From NCBI GenBank assembly GCA_010093815.1, contig ML996579.1: a DNA stretch of 63,450 nt, one strand, 5' to 3'. The DNA is from Pseudovirgaria hyperparasitica. Taxonomy: Eukaryota. The notes below the pieces were generated by a model. It searched no databases. It saw nothing but the letters and a program-made list of their open reading frames with translations, and was not told the origin of the DNA. This document shows positions 29,601-39,908 of this stretch, piece by piece. The position numbers and the translations under genes are program-made. How positions within the stretch are numbered: position 1 is the stretch's first letter; every line of letters starts with the position of its first letter.

Positions 29601-29960
29601 AGAGCTATTTAAGCCTCGAGGTGTTCTATCGCGCTACTAGGACTTCCGCTTTCTCTACCTATATAGTAAGGTAGATTCAGGCCTACTTTTAACATAGTAG
29701 TAGCACGTTAGATGGTTTTCTTATCCCGGTATCCTCGTGGACTTCTCTTAACGCGTTAATTAAGAACAGGATAGAAGTATATACTATCCTAGCTGGTTTA
29801 TTATGGTGTGGTCCCTATAGAGTAACGCGTCGCGAAAACTCTATAACTACCTACCTAGCGACGACGAGGTCACCATTAACGCCGCTCTAAACCTCTTACT
29901 ACCTCCGAAGAGGCATTGCCTAGCTACGACGACGTAGACGCGGTTCGTGAGACTTCGTAG
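26596..29960 (-). mobile_element. Chimeric MINE-like retroelement copy A: head X (29960-28757, 1,204 bp) fused to a 5'-truncated LINE (28756-26596)
   Basis: TSD ctagacctctatatata at 26579-26595 and 29961-29977; tail reads (TAA)n on the plus strand at ~26597-26620; LINE part starts at the position equivalent to ~9480 (RT region). Confidence 0.88.
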
Positions 29961-32765
29961 CTAGACCTCTATATATAGAGATAATTACTTATCTATATAA
30001 TAAGAACCTCTAATATTATATAGTAGCTTAATAAGTACTCTAAGAAGATTACCTAGTAGATACTTATATATCTCTCTCTCCCTTAATACTAATAGATCTA
30101 GATATATATACTAGAAGTAACTAGGTATATACTAGATAGACCCTAGCGTACGTTAGAAGAACCCTAGAAGAACTCTAATTATTAGTTAAGGGTAACCCTT
30201 AACTAATAACCCCTATACTCTATATATACTATCTAAGGGTAAAATAATAGTACTATAGATTATAGGCCTATAAATATTTCTAATAGCTATATACTTAAGA
30301 TAATATAAAGGTTTAATAAGATATAGTTATAGAGAGAAGGGAGTTTTTCCTTTTATAAAGGTTTCTTCTTATATAATAGCTTAGACTAGAGAAGGTATAT
30401 ATCTATAGAGTAAACTACTCTACCTAGTTATATAATATTATTATTATTATTATAGTATTAAACTATATTTATTAAGATATCTAGTATAATTACTAATAGT
30501 ATAACTCTATTAAGATCTTTTACTTAATATAGAATACTACTTAGATCTAGAATAGATAGAGTAGCTTCTATATATAAGAGATATTATAGTCTACTATAGA
30601 AGGTAGAGCGCTAGTATATATAAATAATAATATATAGATATAGATAAGAGATAGTTATAGGGATCTATTAAAAAATAGTAGAAATAAATTAGATTAGTAG
30701 ATAGAGAATACTTAAGTTACCTAGGCGTATTATATAAGTATATATATATAGAATTTAAAGAATACTTATCTATAAGATATAGTTAGTCTATTATAGAGAG
30801 ATTCTTATAGATAATATAAAACTAGATAGTAGCTATACTTAAAGGCGGGATATAGTATATAATAATAACTACTAGCTCTAAGGACCTTATCCCTTTAATA
30901 GATTCTAATCTTTAATATATCTAGAAGTAGATAGAATTATATTCTAGCTAGAGAGACTACTATATAGTCTAAGAGAATAAATATATATATTAATTTATAA
31001 AGAGATAGAATATATTACTAGATATATATACTAGTAATATAGATTTAAAGAGTAAATCTTATAGTTCTCTAGCTAGAGAAGGTATTATATCTCTCTTCTA
31101 GTAGAGCTAGAGATATAAGTCTAAAGAGAATAAGATAAGATAAAAATAGAAGTAGAGTCTAATAGTATAGGGCACGTTAAACCTATAGAAGTTATCTAAC
31201 TTCGAACTAGAGACTCTATAGTATAACCCGCCTTTATATACGGATATAAGTACTAGTATATAGCTCTTATATAGACTAGGCGAATAAAGCTCGAATCTAT
31301 ATAGAACTATATACTCTATCTTATATTAGATATATATAAAGCTACTAATATAGTACTACTATAACACGAGATAGATATTATAAGTATATATAACTTCTAC
31401 TAGATATAGAGAGTAGTATACTTTACTAAATAATAAGTATAGAAATATATAGAAAATATAGAATATACTTTTACTATACTATATATATAAATTAGTATAT
31501 ATTACTATATACTTCTATATATAGACTAGAATTAAATAGGGTATAAGTACTTAATAGAAGCTAACTCTAGCTAAGTAGTATAAGAAGTCTAAGATAATCT
31601 AGATACTCTTCTAGACTAGTAGAGCCCTTAAAAACTTATAAAAAATATATAGTTATAGACCTAAGATAAATAGAAAAAGATACTCTATATCTACTAGATC
31701 TTCTAGTAGAATAGATATCTAGAATAGATTTAAGAGCTATAGAAGAAACTAAGTAATTAGATATATAAAGAACTAATAAAAGCCTAAGTATCTATACTTA
31801 TCTAAGTCTAAATAGATATTATAGAACTTCTATATTATCTCTATAAGTAAGATATTCCTAATATCTCTCTATAGTATAAGGTATATAGCTAGAGAGATAT
31901 AATATACTACTATCTAGCTATATACTCTAACCTTTATATATAATAGTAATAGCTTATCTATATTATAAAGACTTTAGATATTATATAATAGCTTAATAAG
32001 TATTCTAAGAATATCTTCTAATAGATACTTATATATCTATTACTTCTCTAGTACTAGTAGATCTAGAAATATATACTAAAAGAGACCTAGTATATACTAG
32101 TAGTAATCTAATATATACTAGAAGAACCCTAGAAGAACTCTAATTATTAGTTAAGGATAGCTCTTAACTAATAACCTCTATATCTATATATACTATCTAA
32201 GGGTAAAATAATAGTAATATAGACTATAGACTAATAGATATACTCTATAGCTATATACTTAAGATAAAATAAAGATTTAATAAAATATAGTTATAGATAT
32301 AAAGAAGTTTTTCTTTATAGAGTTTCTTCTTATATAGTAGCTTAGACTAGAGAAGATATAGATCTATAGAGTACTACTCTATCTAGTTATATAATAATAT
32401 TATTATTATTATATATATATAAGAGGTTATTATACTTAGTATACTCTATTAATTAATATATATAGATTACTAAAGTAAATTCTACTAGTATTTTAATATT
32501 TATATATATATATAGACCTTTCTATAGCCGTAGATAGTTATCTCTTTAAGCTTTTTAATAAAATATACTTTATATACTATATATTATATTTCTTAGTCTT
32601 ATTTATTTAAGATACCTTCTATACTACTACCTCTACTTAAGGTAATATTATTATATATATCTTTTAAAACCTTATGGTTTATATATATATATATATAACT
32701 TATGAAGTTTTAGTATATTCCGCTATCTATCCATACCCTTTTTGGCGTGGGACCATTCTATTTAT

Positions 32766-34064
32766 CTATGTAGTCCTTAGATGAACGCCCCAAAGCCGGT
32801 CGACAAGCCATTCCTTACGATACTTAAGTGGGGAGATACTATCTGGTAAATGTAGATACCAGTCATTTTCGTCCCAAGGAGTCAATGTTCTTGTAAGAGC
32901 CGTGCATTCATAGTAATTAGGATAGAAACCACTATCTTCCCAGTCAATGATTGCAGTGACCAACACGTTATTAGTGCCATCAATGCCTGGCTTCATGTCT
33001 ACCATAATGTTATCTGTCCGAACATCACCGTGAGTGAAGACCACCTCCCTGTCTAATGATGATTCTCTAGCATCCCAGAACGAGCGAAGAAACTTGGCGT
33101 AAGTTTTGCTTCCGTGGTTGGGCGCAGACCATTGCAGTTCACTATACTGAGCTGCAGTGGTAATGTCTGGGAAGAGGCCGCATCCGTTGACACGTAACTC
33201 CTTAGCACCTTCGCCACAGACGCCACCTAGATTTTGAGCTTTCGGCTTTGTAATAGTTCTCAGGCGCGCAAAGATGTTGTCCAGCTGTTGCTGTATGGAT
33301 GACTTCTGTAGAAATGAAAGCCTTGGCCATGCGTGAGACAGCGTAGTGCCAGGGATCAAAGACATGAATATCACCCGACAGGGACCGAATGCTATCAAGC
33401 CATACGGTCGTGGGGCAGGAATTTCCGGCGCGTTCTGCGCCAGATATTGCAAAGTGCTGTATTCCGTGTAATCTTGGCCTCCGTCGATAATCTTAGCCAC
33501 GGTGTCATCGTTACATTTAAGCACCACACCCCGAACAGAACACTCCCAAAGCTTGGGTGAATTCCAAATAAGACGTTTCAGGCCATCGACAAGGTCATCT
33601 TGTCGTATTTCTCCGGGTGAGCATTTCTCACGACCAAGAAGCAAGCTCCGTACACCGGGAGACAGTGGAGACACCACACTCGCAGTCTCTACATCGTCCA
33701 ACTTGTTTCGAAAATCTGGCTTCTTTGGAGCGATAACATGTTGAGGTTCCGCGGTCTTCGAAGTAACCAAGGAGCCCCTTTTACGAAAATAGCTCCTTGG
33801 GAATACAGACGATAGATCGACTTCTGGATCGGACTCAAATTTGATATTGAGTTCGTCTAGTGTCCTAATATTTAGTCTCCCAAGCTCAGAAAGTCTCGCA
33901 GACTGCGCAAGTAGGTGTGCATCGCGGTATTGGTTGTTAAATATCGACAGCAAATCTACGGCTGGATTGCTATCCAATGCGGCCTGGAGCTCGACCATGA
34001 GATCTTTATTCCATTGTGGGCCATCTCGAGAGAGTAGTGAAAGAGATTTCTGGCTGTTAAACAT
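32766..34064 (-). CDS. Aminoglycoside-phosphotransferase (APH)/choline-kinase-like protein, intronless
   Basis: 432-aa ORF with Brenner motif FTHGDVRTDNIMV, IIDWEDSGFYP and IPAPRPYG, typical of fungal APH-family kinases. Confidence 0.85.
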   Translation of the reverse strand: MFNSQKSLSLLSRDGPQWNKDLMVELQAALDSNPAVDLLSIFNNQYRDAHLLAQSARLSELGRLNIRTLDELNIKFESDPEVDLSSVFPRSYFRKRGSLVTSKTAEPQHVIAPKKPDFRNKLDDVETASVVSPLSPGVRSLLLGREKCSPGEIRQDDLVDGLKRLIWNSPKLWECSVRGVVLKCNDDTVAKIIDGGQDYTEYSTLQYLAQNAPEIPAPRPYGLIAFGPCRVIFMSLIPGTTLSHAWPRLSFLQKSSIQQQLDNIFARLRTITKPKAQNLGGVCGEGAKELRVNGCGLFPDITTAAQYSELQWSAPNHGSKTYAKFLRSFWDARESSLDREVVFTHGDVRTDNIMVDMKPGIDGTNNVLVTAIIDWEDSGFYPNYYECTALTRTLTPWDENDWYLHLPDSISPLKYRKEWLVDRLWGVHLRTT

Positions 34065-34984
34065 GGTTGTAACTAATGCTAGGAAGGATTAGAATGCGAG
34101 AAAAGGTTCCTAGCACTTCAGCCTGGGCGCCTCTATCTATAGATTTTCTAGCGCGACTCTTGGCACGTATCACGCGCGTAATATAGACATTCTAACTTAA
34201 GGAATTATAGAAAAGATATAATATTTCATCTAGCGCCCGCTAGTGCTCTAACTAGAACCCTAGCTTAAAAAAATATATTTTATAATATAAAAAGATAACT
34301 AGAACCTAATTTAAAAACGATGTCTACCGAGACAATGCTATGTTTGTTAGCATCTTACTTGCTGAAGCCCAATAGTTTTAGTTGCAACCCATAAGATCTC
34401 CCAGGCTTGGTCTGAGTTGAAGTATAATGGGACCTAGGTAGGTCTCAGACTGCTCCGTTGGGGACTGTGGATATATGCTGGGGCCACCAGCTAAGAGGAA
34501 GTTGTAGTGCGTATGTGTATATATTGACATAATCGACAGATGTTCAAATCAAGACTGACTAGAGTGAGGTCATCACCTAGGTGTACATGTACATGGCAAG
34601 TCCCGAGTCCCCGAACCACCACTAATAGCAATTGGTCGCCATGGTATGGCTAGTCATGTGTGGACTAAATGTGCATGACCACACTAAGTCGTATAGATTC
34701 TCTGTATCTGAACAAGTGTCGTGTTGGGAGTTTACATATATAGATCTAGAGGTGTGCTTGATTTTCAGTACATATGATGGCTGACGGAAAGATATATGGT
34801 ATCAAGTTCGACATCGTGTATTCATATGTGCATGAGAGTTTCTCCTAGTCGACGGCCGGTGAAGTAACGAGGTCATTCCGCGTTGTATCATCCTAATTAG
34901 TGCTTCGTTGCCTCATCAAATTTCGTAACACATTCCGATGACTGCCACAGGGGCAAAACGATGTTAAGGGAAATCCCATCATTG

Positions 34985-36634
34985 TCATTGCTCGATCGCT
35001 ATGGGCTTTGCAGGACCAGACTTTTCCTCACCTTGGATAGTCGAAGGCGTTGCCACTTGCATCTGCTGCTCTGCTCGCGGTGTTCTGTCTCGATCCATCT
35101 GTTCTATGACTTCGACGGGTGCGTGGCTGCTGCTGCTGCCTTCCAACGGTGCCCGTCCCATTCTACTGAGCCATGATTCTGCGCTTTCGATTGTACCGCC
35201 AATCACAGCGGCAACTTGTGCCATCACCTCAAGACTTTCTTGAGCGAACACGAGCATGTGGTGCGTTGTCGTGGCTTCGTAAGGTGTTGTACTTGCTGTG
35301 CTCCCAGAGTCAGATTGTTGTATCCTCTGCCACCGGACAGGTGCAGACATGACTTGACCGCGAACAACGCGACTGGCATTATCAGGTAATGCCCCCCACG
35401 TGTACTTGATCACGGATTGCATGACATGGTGTAACATCTTCCAAATGTTGCCTCCTAGCCTTTTCATCTCATCAGCAAGCTGGCGTGACCTCTCTTCTTC
35501 TTCAGCTGGTAAGCGTATAGCGCCATCACCGGTGGCAATGTCGGCTGACTCTTGTGCTGCTCTTCGATTGTCCTCATAGTCTCGCAGTAGACTCTTTAGA
35601 CACTCCATTGATTCGCCAAGCTTCTCGGTAAAATGTTTTAATAGACTCATACAGAACTTGAGTCTTTCGAGCGATTCCTTGTGTAAAGCCGCGCCGAGCC
35701 CAGAAGTAGTCATGATTAATTGTGTGGACCAGTTGAGCTTCTGTTCAGGTCCGGGGCTTGTGGAGTTGATTTGTGTTGATGCCTTCTCTTCATAGGTGGG
35801 TGAGCGATTGTCATCGTATGCTGGTAGGGACTCGGTGTAGGAACTCGTCGAGTCGTTCCGAATCCGCGAACTAGCGGGTAATTGACGACCTCGTTCGATA
35901 ACCGCATCATCACCTTTCTCAATCCGCCTTCGCTTACCAGCACCCTCGTCTTGGGCCTCCAGGTCGCTTGGTCGTCGGTGTTCCCCCAAGTATCTGCGTA
36001 TGCCAACTTCCATACCAGTCCTGCGCCCCATCGAACTGATAGTGTTTGTAACCGGGGTACCAACGTTTCTTTCAATATACTCGGCACTATCGCGTACGAT
36101 GCGAGGGGAGTAATTTTTCGTCAAGGCATATGCAGTCAGCGAGCCGTTTATCGTGGTACCGAGCCAAGGGTGACTCGTGGTCAACAATCTGAGAAGAGGC
36201 TCCCTGTCACATTCCTTCCCAATATCTTGCGTGATTATCGGAGGTACTTTACTACCTCTTGACGGTGGTTTGGAGAGTCCACACATGGCTTCAGCCGCAA
36301 GACGCACATCCGGGTCGTCGATAGAGACAGCACTTGGCACCCTCGACATTAGTGTCGCCTCTTCAACGCCTAACGATGCATCCATAGCCATTGATCCCCC
36401 AATCGTACCCGTGGGAACAGTCGGAAAGTTGATATGGCTAAAGGTGTCTCGTCCCAGCCAGGTGTCGCCATTTGACCGAGGAGGTAAGTGTAATGAGTCT
36501 AATTTCGGGAGATGTAGGTTGGATGATGGACGATCCACCGGAGGTTCTGAAGTTGGTACTGGAGGTAGAAATATTGTACTAGGGTCATGCGAGTAGGCTG
36601 GCGGACGATGGTGTTGCTGCCGCTGCTCCATCAT
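34985..36634 (-). CDS. OPI1: Opi1-family transcriptional repressor
   Basis: 549-aa ORF with SIDDPDVRLAAEA, LLTTSHPW, ESLPAYD (FFAT-like) and WSTQLIMTTSGLG...SL.RLKFC motifs of Pezizomycotina Opi1 proteins. Confidence 0.85.
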   Translation of the reverse strand: MMEQRQQHHRPPAYSHDPSTIFLPPVPTSEPPVDRPSSNLHLPKLDSLHLPPRSNGDTWLGRDTFSHINFPTVPTGTIGGSMAMDASLGVEEATLMSRVPSAVSIDDPDVRLAAEAMCGLSKPPSRGSKVPPIITQDIGKECDREPLLRLLTTSHPWLGTTINGSLTAYALTKNYSPRIVRDSAEYIERNVGTPVTNTISSMGRRTGMEVGIRRYLGEHRRPSDLEAQDEGAGKRRRIEKGDDAVIERGRQLPASSRIRNDSTSSYTESLPAYDDNRSPTYEEKASTQINSTSPGPEQKLNWSTQLIMTTSGLGAALHKESLERLKFCMSLLKHFTEKLGESMECLKSLLRDYEDNRRAAQESADIATGDGAIRLPAEEEERSRQLADEMKRLGGNIWKMLHHVMQSVIKYTWGALPDNASRVVRGQVMSAPVRWQRIQQSDSGSTASTTPYEATTTHHMLVFAQESLEVMAQVAAVIGGTIESAESWLSRMGRAPLEGSSSSHAPVEVIEQMDRDRTPRAEQQMQVATPSTIQGEEKSGPAKPIAIEQ

Positions 36635-37339
36635 ACCGTCGCAAATATAAATGAATGGGTGAGCACAGGCGGTGAGACAACATTCAAGAGTAAGGGGTGA
36701 GTTATTGAGATGTCGAGGCCATGATTAGCGGGCTAGGTGTGCGACGAAAGACGGATATCGTCAGGCTGATTTAAGGCCGTGAGTGATAGTGATGGTGGGA
36801 GAGACATCAGACACGGGAAGGAAGAGAGCTGGCGAACGGCATGTGATCGTGATGGAACCAAGCATTCACCCGAATTTTCTAGTGTAAGCTCCACCTGCAA
36901 TCCTATGATACCGCATGGGCGATAAAGACGCAATCGCAGGCCGATTTGATAGATGTATTAGGCTACGTTTGCAGCACGGCTTCGCTGTTGAGTCTACACG
37001 TTTTAAGCTCCATTCCTTTAGCCCTCCGACATGTGAAAAGGATTAGAGACCGCAATGGTTATTATGCTTGGCAAACGTTGTCTATCTTTGCAATCAGAGG
37101 GGTGGAGTTGACCACAGTAATGGGCGTCGCGCGATCTTCATTGTGACTCTTAGCAATCCCATCCTCCTCGAGGTCCCTCCCAGCATACCTGTCATCTCAT
37201 TCGCACCATGACTGTCTTTAGGATTATCATACTACTATCGGATAATACGTCTGCAACTGGGGCACATGCTCGCGCTACTATTAAGTCCGCACCCCCACCA
37301 ACTCATATACATACTAAGCGACCACGTGTTTTCACATGT

Positions 37340-37640
37340 ACTTATATATTTTATATATTATTATATTTACTACTAGTATTATATACCTAATAGATATTAT
37401 ATTTGAATACCCTCTTTAAATACCTCTAGACTATATTAAGTAGCTTAGTACTAACTTTCCTAAGATTCTCTAATCTTTATTTGGTTTTTTCTATCTTAAG
37501 TTCTAGGCTATATATAGTTATTATATTAAAATTAAAATATAAGTCTAATTAGATAGAAGAAGATATTATAACTAGTATATAAAAGAAGATAGTATGACTA
37601 GATAAAATCTATTAATTATACGATTAGCCTCCTATCTACT
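37340..37640. other. Short AT-rich RIP-like relic in the divergent promoter region
   Basis: Abrupt TpA-rich patch between two genes; source element not recognised. Confidence 0.5.
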
Positions 37641-37796
37641 TTAGAAGAAATGCAGAGCGGGTAGTTGTCTAACGTAGAGCCACTTAGCCACTTTCAGCTA
37701 GACTCATACCCATCGGTCGTAACACTTCCAAGACACGCCAATGAAGACTCTCGACGCGAACGATATATTCTCATATACCCGGCAGTTCGTACAGTT

Positions 37797-38935
37797 ATGG
37801 CTTCGCTTTCGCGGGGTCTCCGTGCTCCAACAAGAGCAGCGTGTCAATTCCAGAATGTGATTGCATTGTCTGTGCCTCAACGACAATTTTCTGCGCGAGC
37901 TGCCGCCTTTCCAACCTTCCTCGATAGCCCCAATGTCGAATTGAACACCGCTTTTTTGCAATTTCGCGATAAACATCTCCTACCATACTATCTCAACAGA
38001 AAACAGTACAGGCTTGCCACGAGTGAAAAGTCCCGGCACATGCTTGAGCTAGATCCCATCGCCATTAAAGTTGGCAAGGCAGATACTACCCTGACGCATT
38101 TCGGTGGCCTTACGAAACTCCCCAAACGAAAACCCGCCATACACCACTTCATATCTTTAATGAAATCGGAAGAAGACTGGCATAATCTCGTGTTGCTGCT
38201 CGAAGGGCTTGAGGGTACCGAGAATGGGCTCAGCAAAGCCCTGAAGGTTACCGTTCTGCATAAGATCATCAACGAAGACAAATTCTCCATTCTTGTCAAA
38301 ATTGTAGGGAATCCCGAGAAGTACGGCTTCCGCTTGACCGACCCAGACATCTCCGAGGGTGTCATAACCGCAATTCACCAACACGCCTCCCTTCACGCGT
38401 GGGATTCACAACGAGTGAGGCACGCCTTCAAGGCAGCGGACCAATTTGTGGACTTATCAACACGCGACTTCTACCGTGCTGATCCTACCGTACAACGGAA
38501 CCCACACTTGATCGCTTCCGCGTTGGAAATGATCACGAAACTCATCAGTCTTGGGGTCGCCGGAGACCTAGAAAAAGCTAGGGGCCGTGAGTATGCAGAG
38601 CGCTTCATGGCAGTGGTGAAGCAAGAGAATCTATGGAAGGTATATACCCGTTCATAGCACATATAATGCTATCAGAGTGGCAGCTAATCCGTGGACTTCA
38701 GAAAAATGACCTCATGCCTAAATCGCACATGAGGTGGCAACGATATTGGTTGCCGCCAGTCATTGGGATGTGGAACGCAGTGAAACAAGCCCTCGCTGTA
38801 GCGGAGGAGATCAAATTGGAAGATCGGCAGTTGACCCAAGATGTTGAAGAAAACTTGAGATTACAGCTTGCGGAGGTCAAGCTGACATCGCGAGTCTTGA
38901 CACATGATCTGGAAAGCTGTGGATGGCTATTCTGA
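37797..38935 (+). CDS. Hypothetical protein, probably mitochondrial (exons 37797-38639, 38702-38935)
   Basis: Arg/Ser/Ala-rich N-terminus (MASLSRGLRAPTRAAC...RQFSARAA); a 62-nt GT..CTAAT..CAG intron joins ORFs 37665-38657 and 38633-38935 in frame. Confidence 0.75.
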
Positions 38936-39908
38936 TATAGACAGTATCTTCTAGGAGAAGTACGAAGTAATCGAGTAGAATATTGGCACATTTAGTCGGT
39001 GTAAAGAAATGGCATGTGTCGACCATATGTGTGTGCACTGCGTTGTACATGGTTTTGATAGATAAACGCTTTATATAGTATAGGTAGCTGGCTGAGATGT
39101 GAGATGGGCGAAGACGTACGCGCTCATAAATTCACACCTGTTCATCAGAAACCCTCCTTTTATGGATCTGATATAGCTCTCTCTGCAGGTTAGGAGTGCA
39201 AGGTTTTAGCTAACGCCTTGGTCCGCCTGAAGGTGCAAGTAAATACGTGAATGGGCTGACCGTAGGTGCAAAAGTAACGCTAATACCCCCGACGCCAAAT
39301 AGGTCGGTAGGGGAAGAGTATGAGTATCGAAAGAGATCATTAATCTTCATAAAGGGACAGTATGTATTTGATACATGGGCAACAAGGGGTTGCAAATGTC
39401 GTGGATCGTCTCCTACCAAAAGTCACTCATTTCACCCGCCTCTATAACCATACGTAGCTTTATTCCACTAGAACTCTAGAGCTATAATGTTATTATATAC
39501 CCCTTTCTATAAGTTTAAAGGGAATATAAATATAGTAAAAATATGTGATTAGTAATGCCTTCACCTAAAATTGGAGACTCGGAACAAGCCATGACTTTTA
39601 CAAACCTTAGGAGGTTGGGAGATGGACGAACAAAGACGCTGATTCCAGAGGAGTCCGGTCTAAGTGGGAAACTACTCTGTCCACGCCCCAAAACCATGTA
39701 TGATAGGGTTGGTAACATTTTCATCTTAGATGCACTATCTAGTATTACAGCTCTACTTATACGACTTTTCCGTCTTATATGCATTCGCCAAGTTTGCATA
39801 TCATTGTACAACACTTTCTCAACCTTTTGCACCATGTCGGCCGAGCAAATCTGAATATAGCGAAGTAGAGCATAAGGTACGTATTCCTCTTTGGTGGTAG
39901 CTCTACAC

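Larger units (their letters stand above)
1350..30450 (+). mobile_element. Full-length Tad1-like LINE (host copy, heavily RIPped) interrupted by two Gypsy elements and chimera A
   Basis: TSD tatagtattaaacta at 1335-1349 and 30451-30465; segments 1350-2388, 15154-16485, 24123-26595 and 29961-30450 are collinear with the 6319-11637 copy; palindromes at ~1586 and ~30179; (TTA)n tail. Confidence 0.88.
895..32410 (+). mobile_element. Chimeric MINE-like retroelement copy B: 1,204-bp head X (895-1349 + 30466-31214) fused to a LINE 3' end (31215-32410)
   Basis: TSD atatatatataagagg at 879-894 and 32411-32426; (TTA)n-type tail; head matches 28757-29960 in reverse complement; LINE part starts at the position equivalent to ~10437. 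Confidence 0.85.
290..32490 (-). mobile_element. Outermost LINE 5'/ORF1 fragment on the minus strand, in two pieces (~290-894 and 32427-~32490)
   Basis: ~290-870 is the heavily RIPped reverse complement of the LINE 5'UTR/ORF1 (cf. ~6480-7070), including the palindrome at ~780-808; 32427-32470 continues as the reverse complement of ~6370-6418. Confidence 0.7.
1..32750. other. AT-rich, RIP-degenerated transposon block (left)
   Basis: TpA excess and CpA/TpG scarcity; homologous copies differ mainly by C>T/G>A changes; only TE-derived frames broken by TAA/TAG; N-gaps at 3623-3837, 12571-13295 and 21273-22262. Confidence 0.95.
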
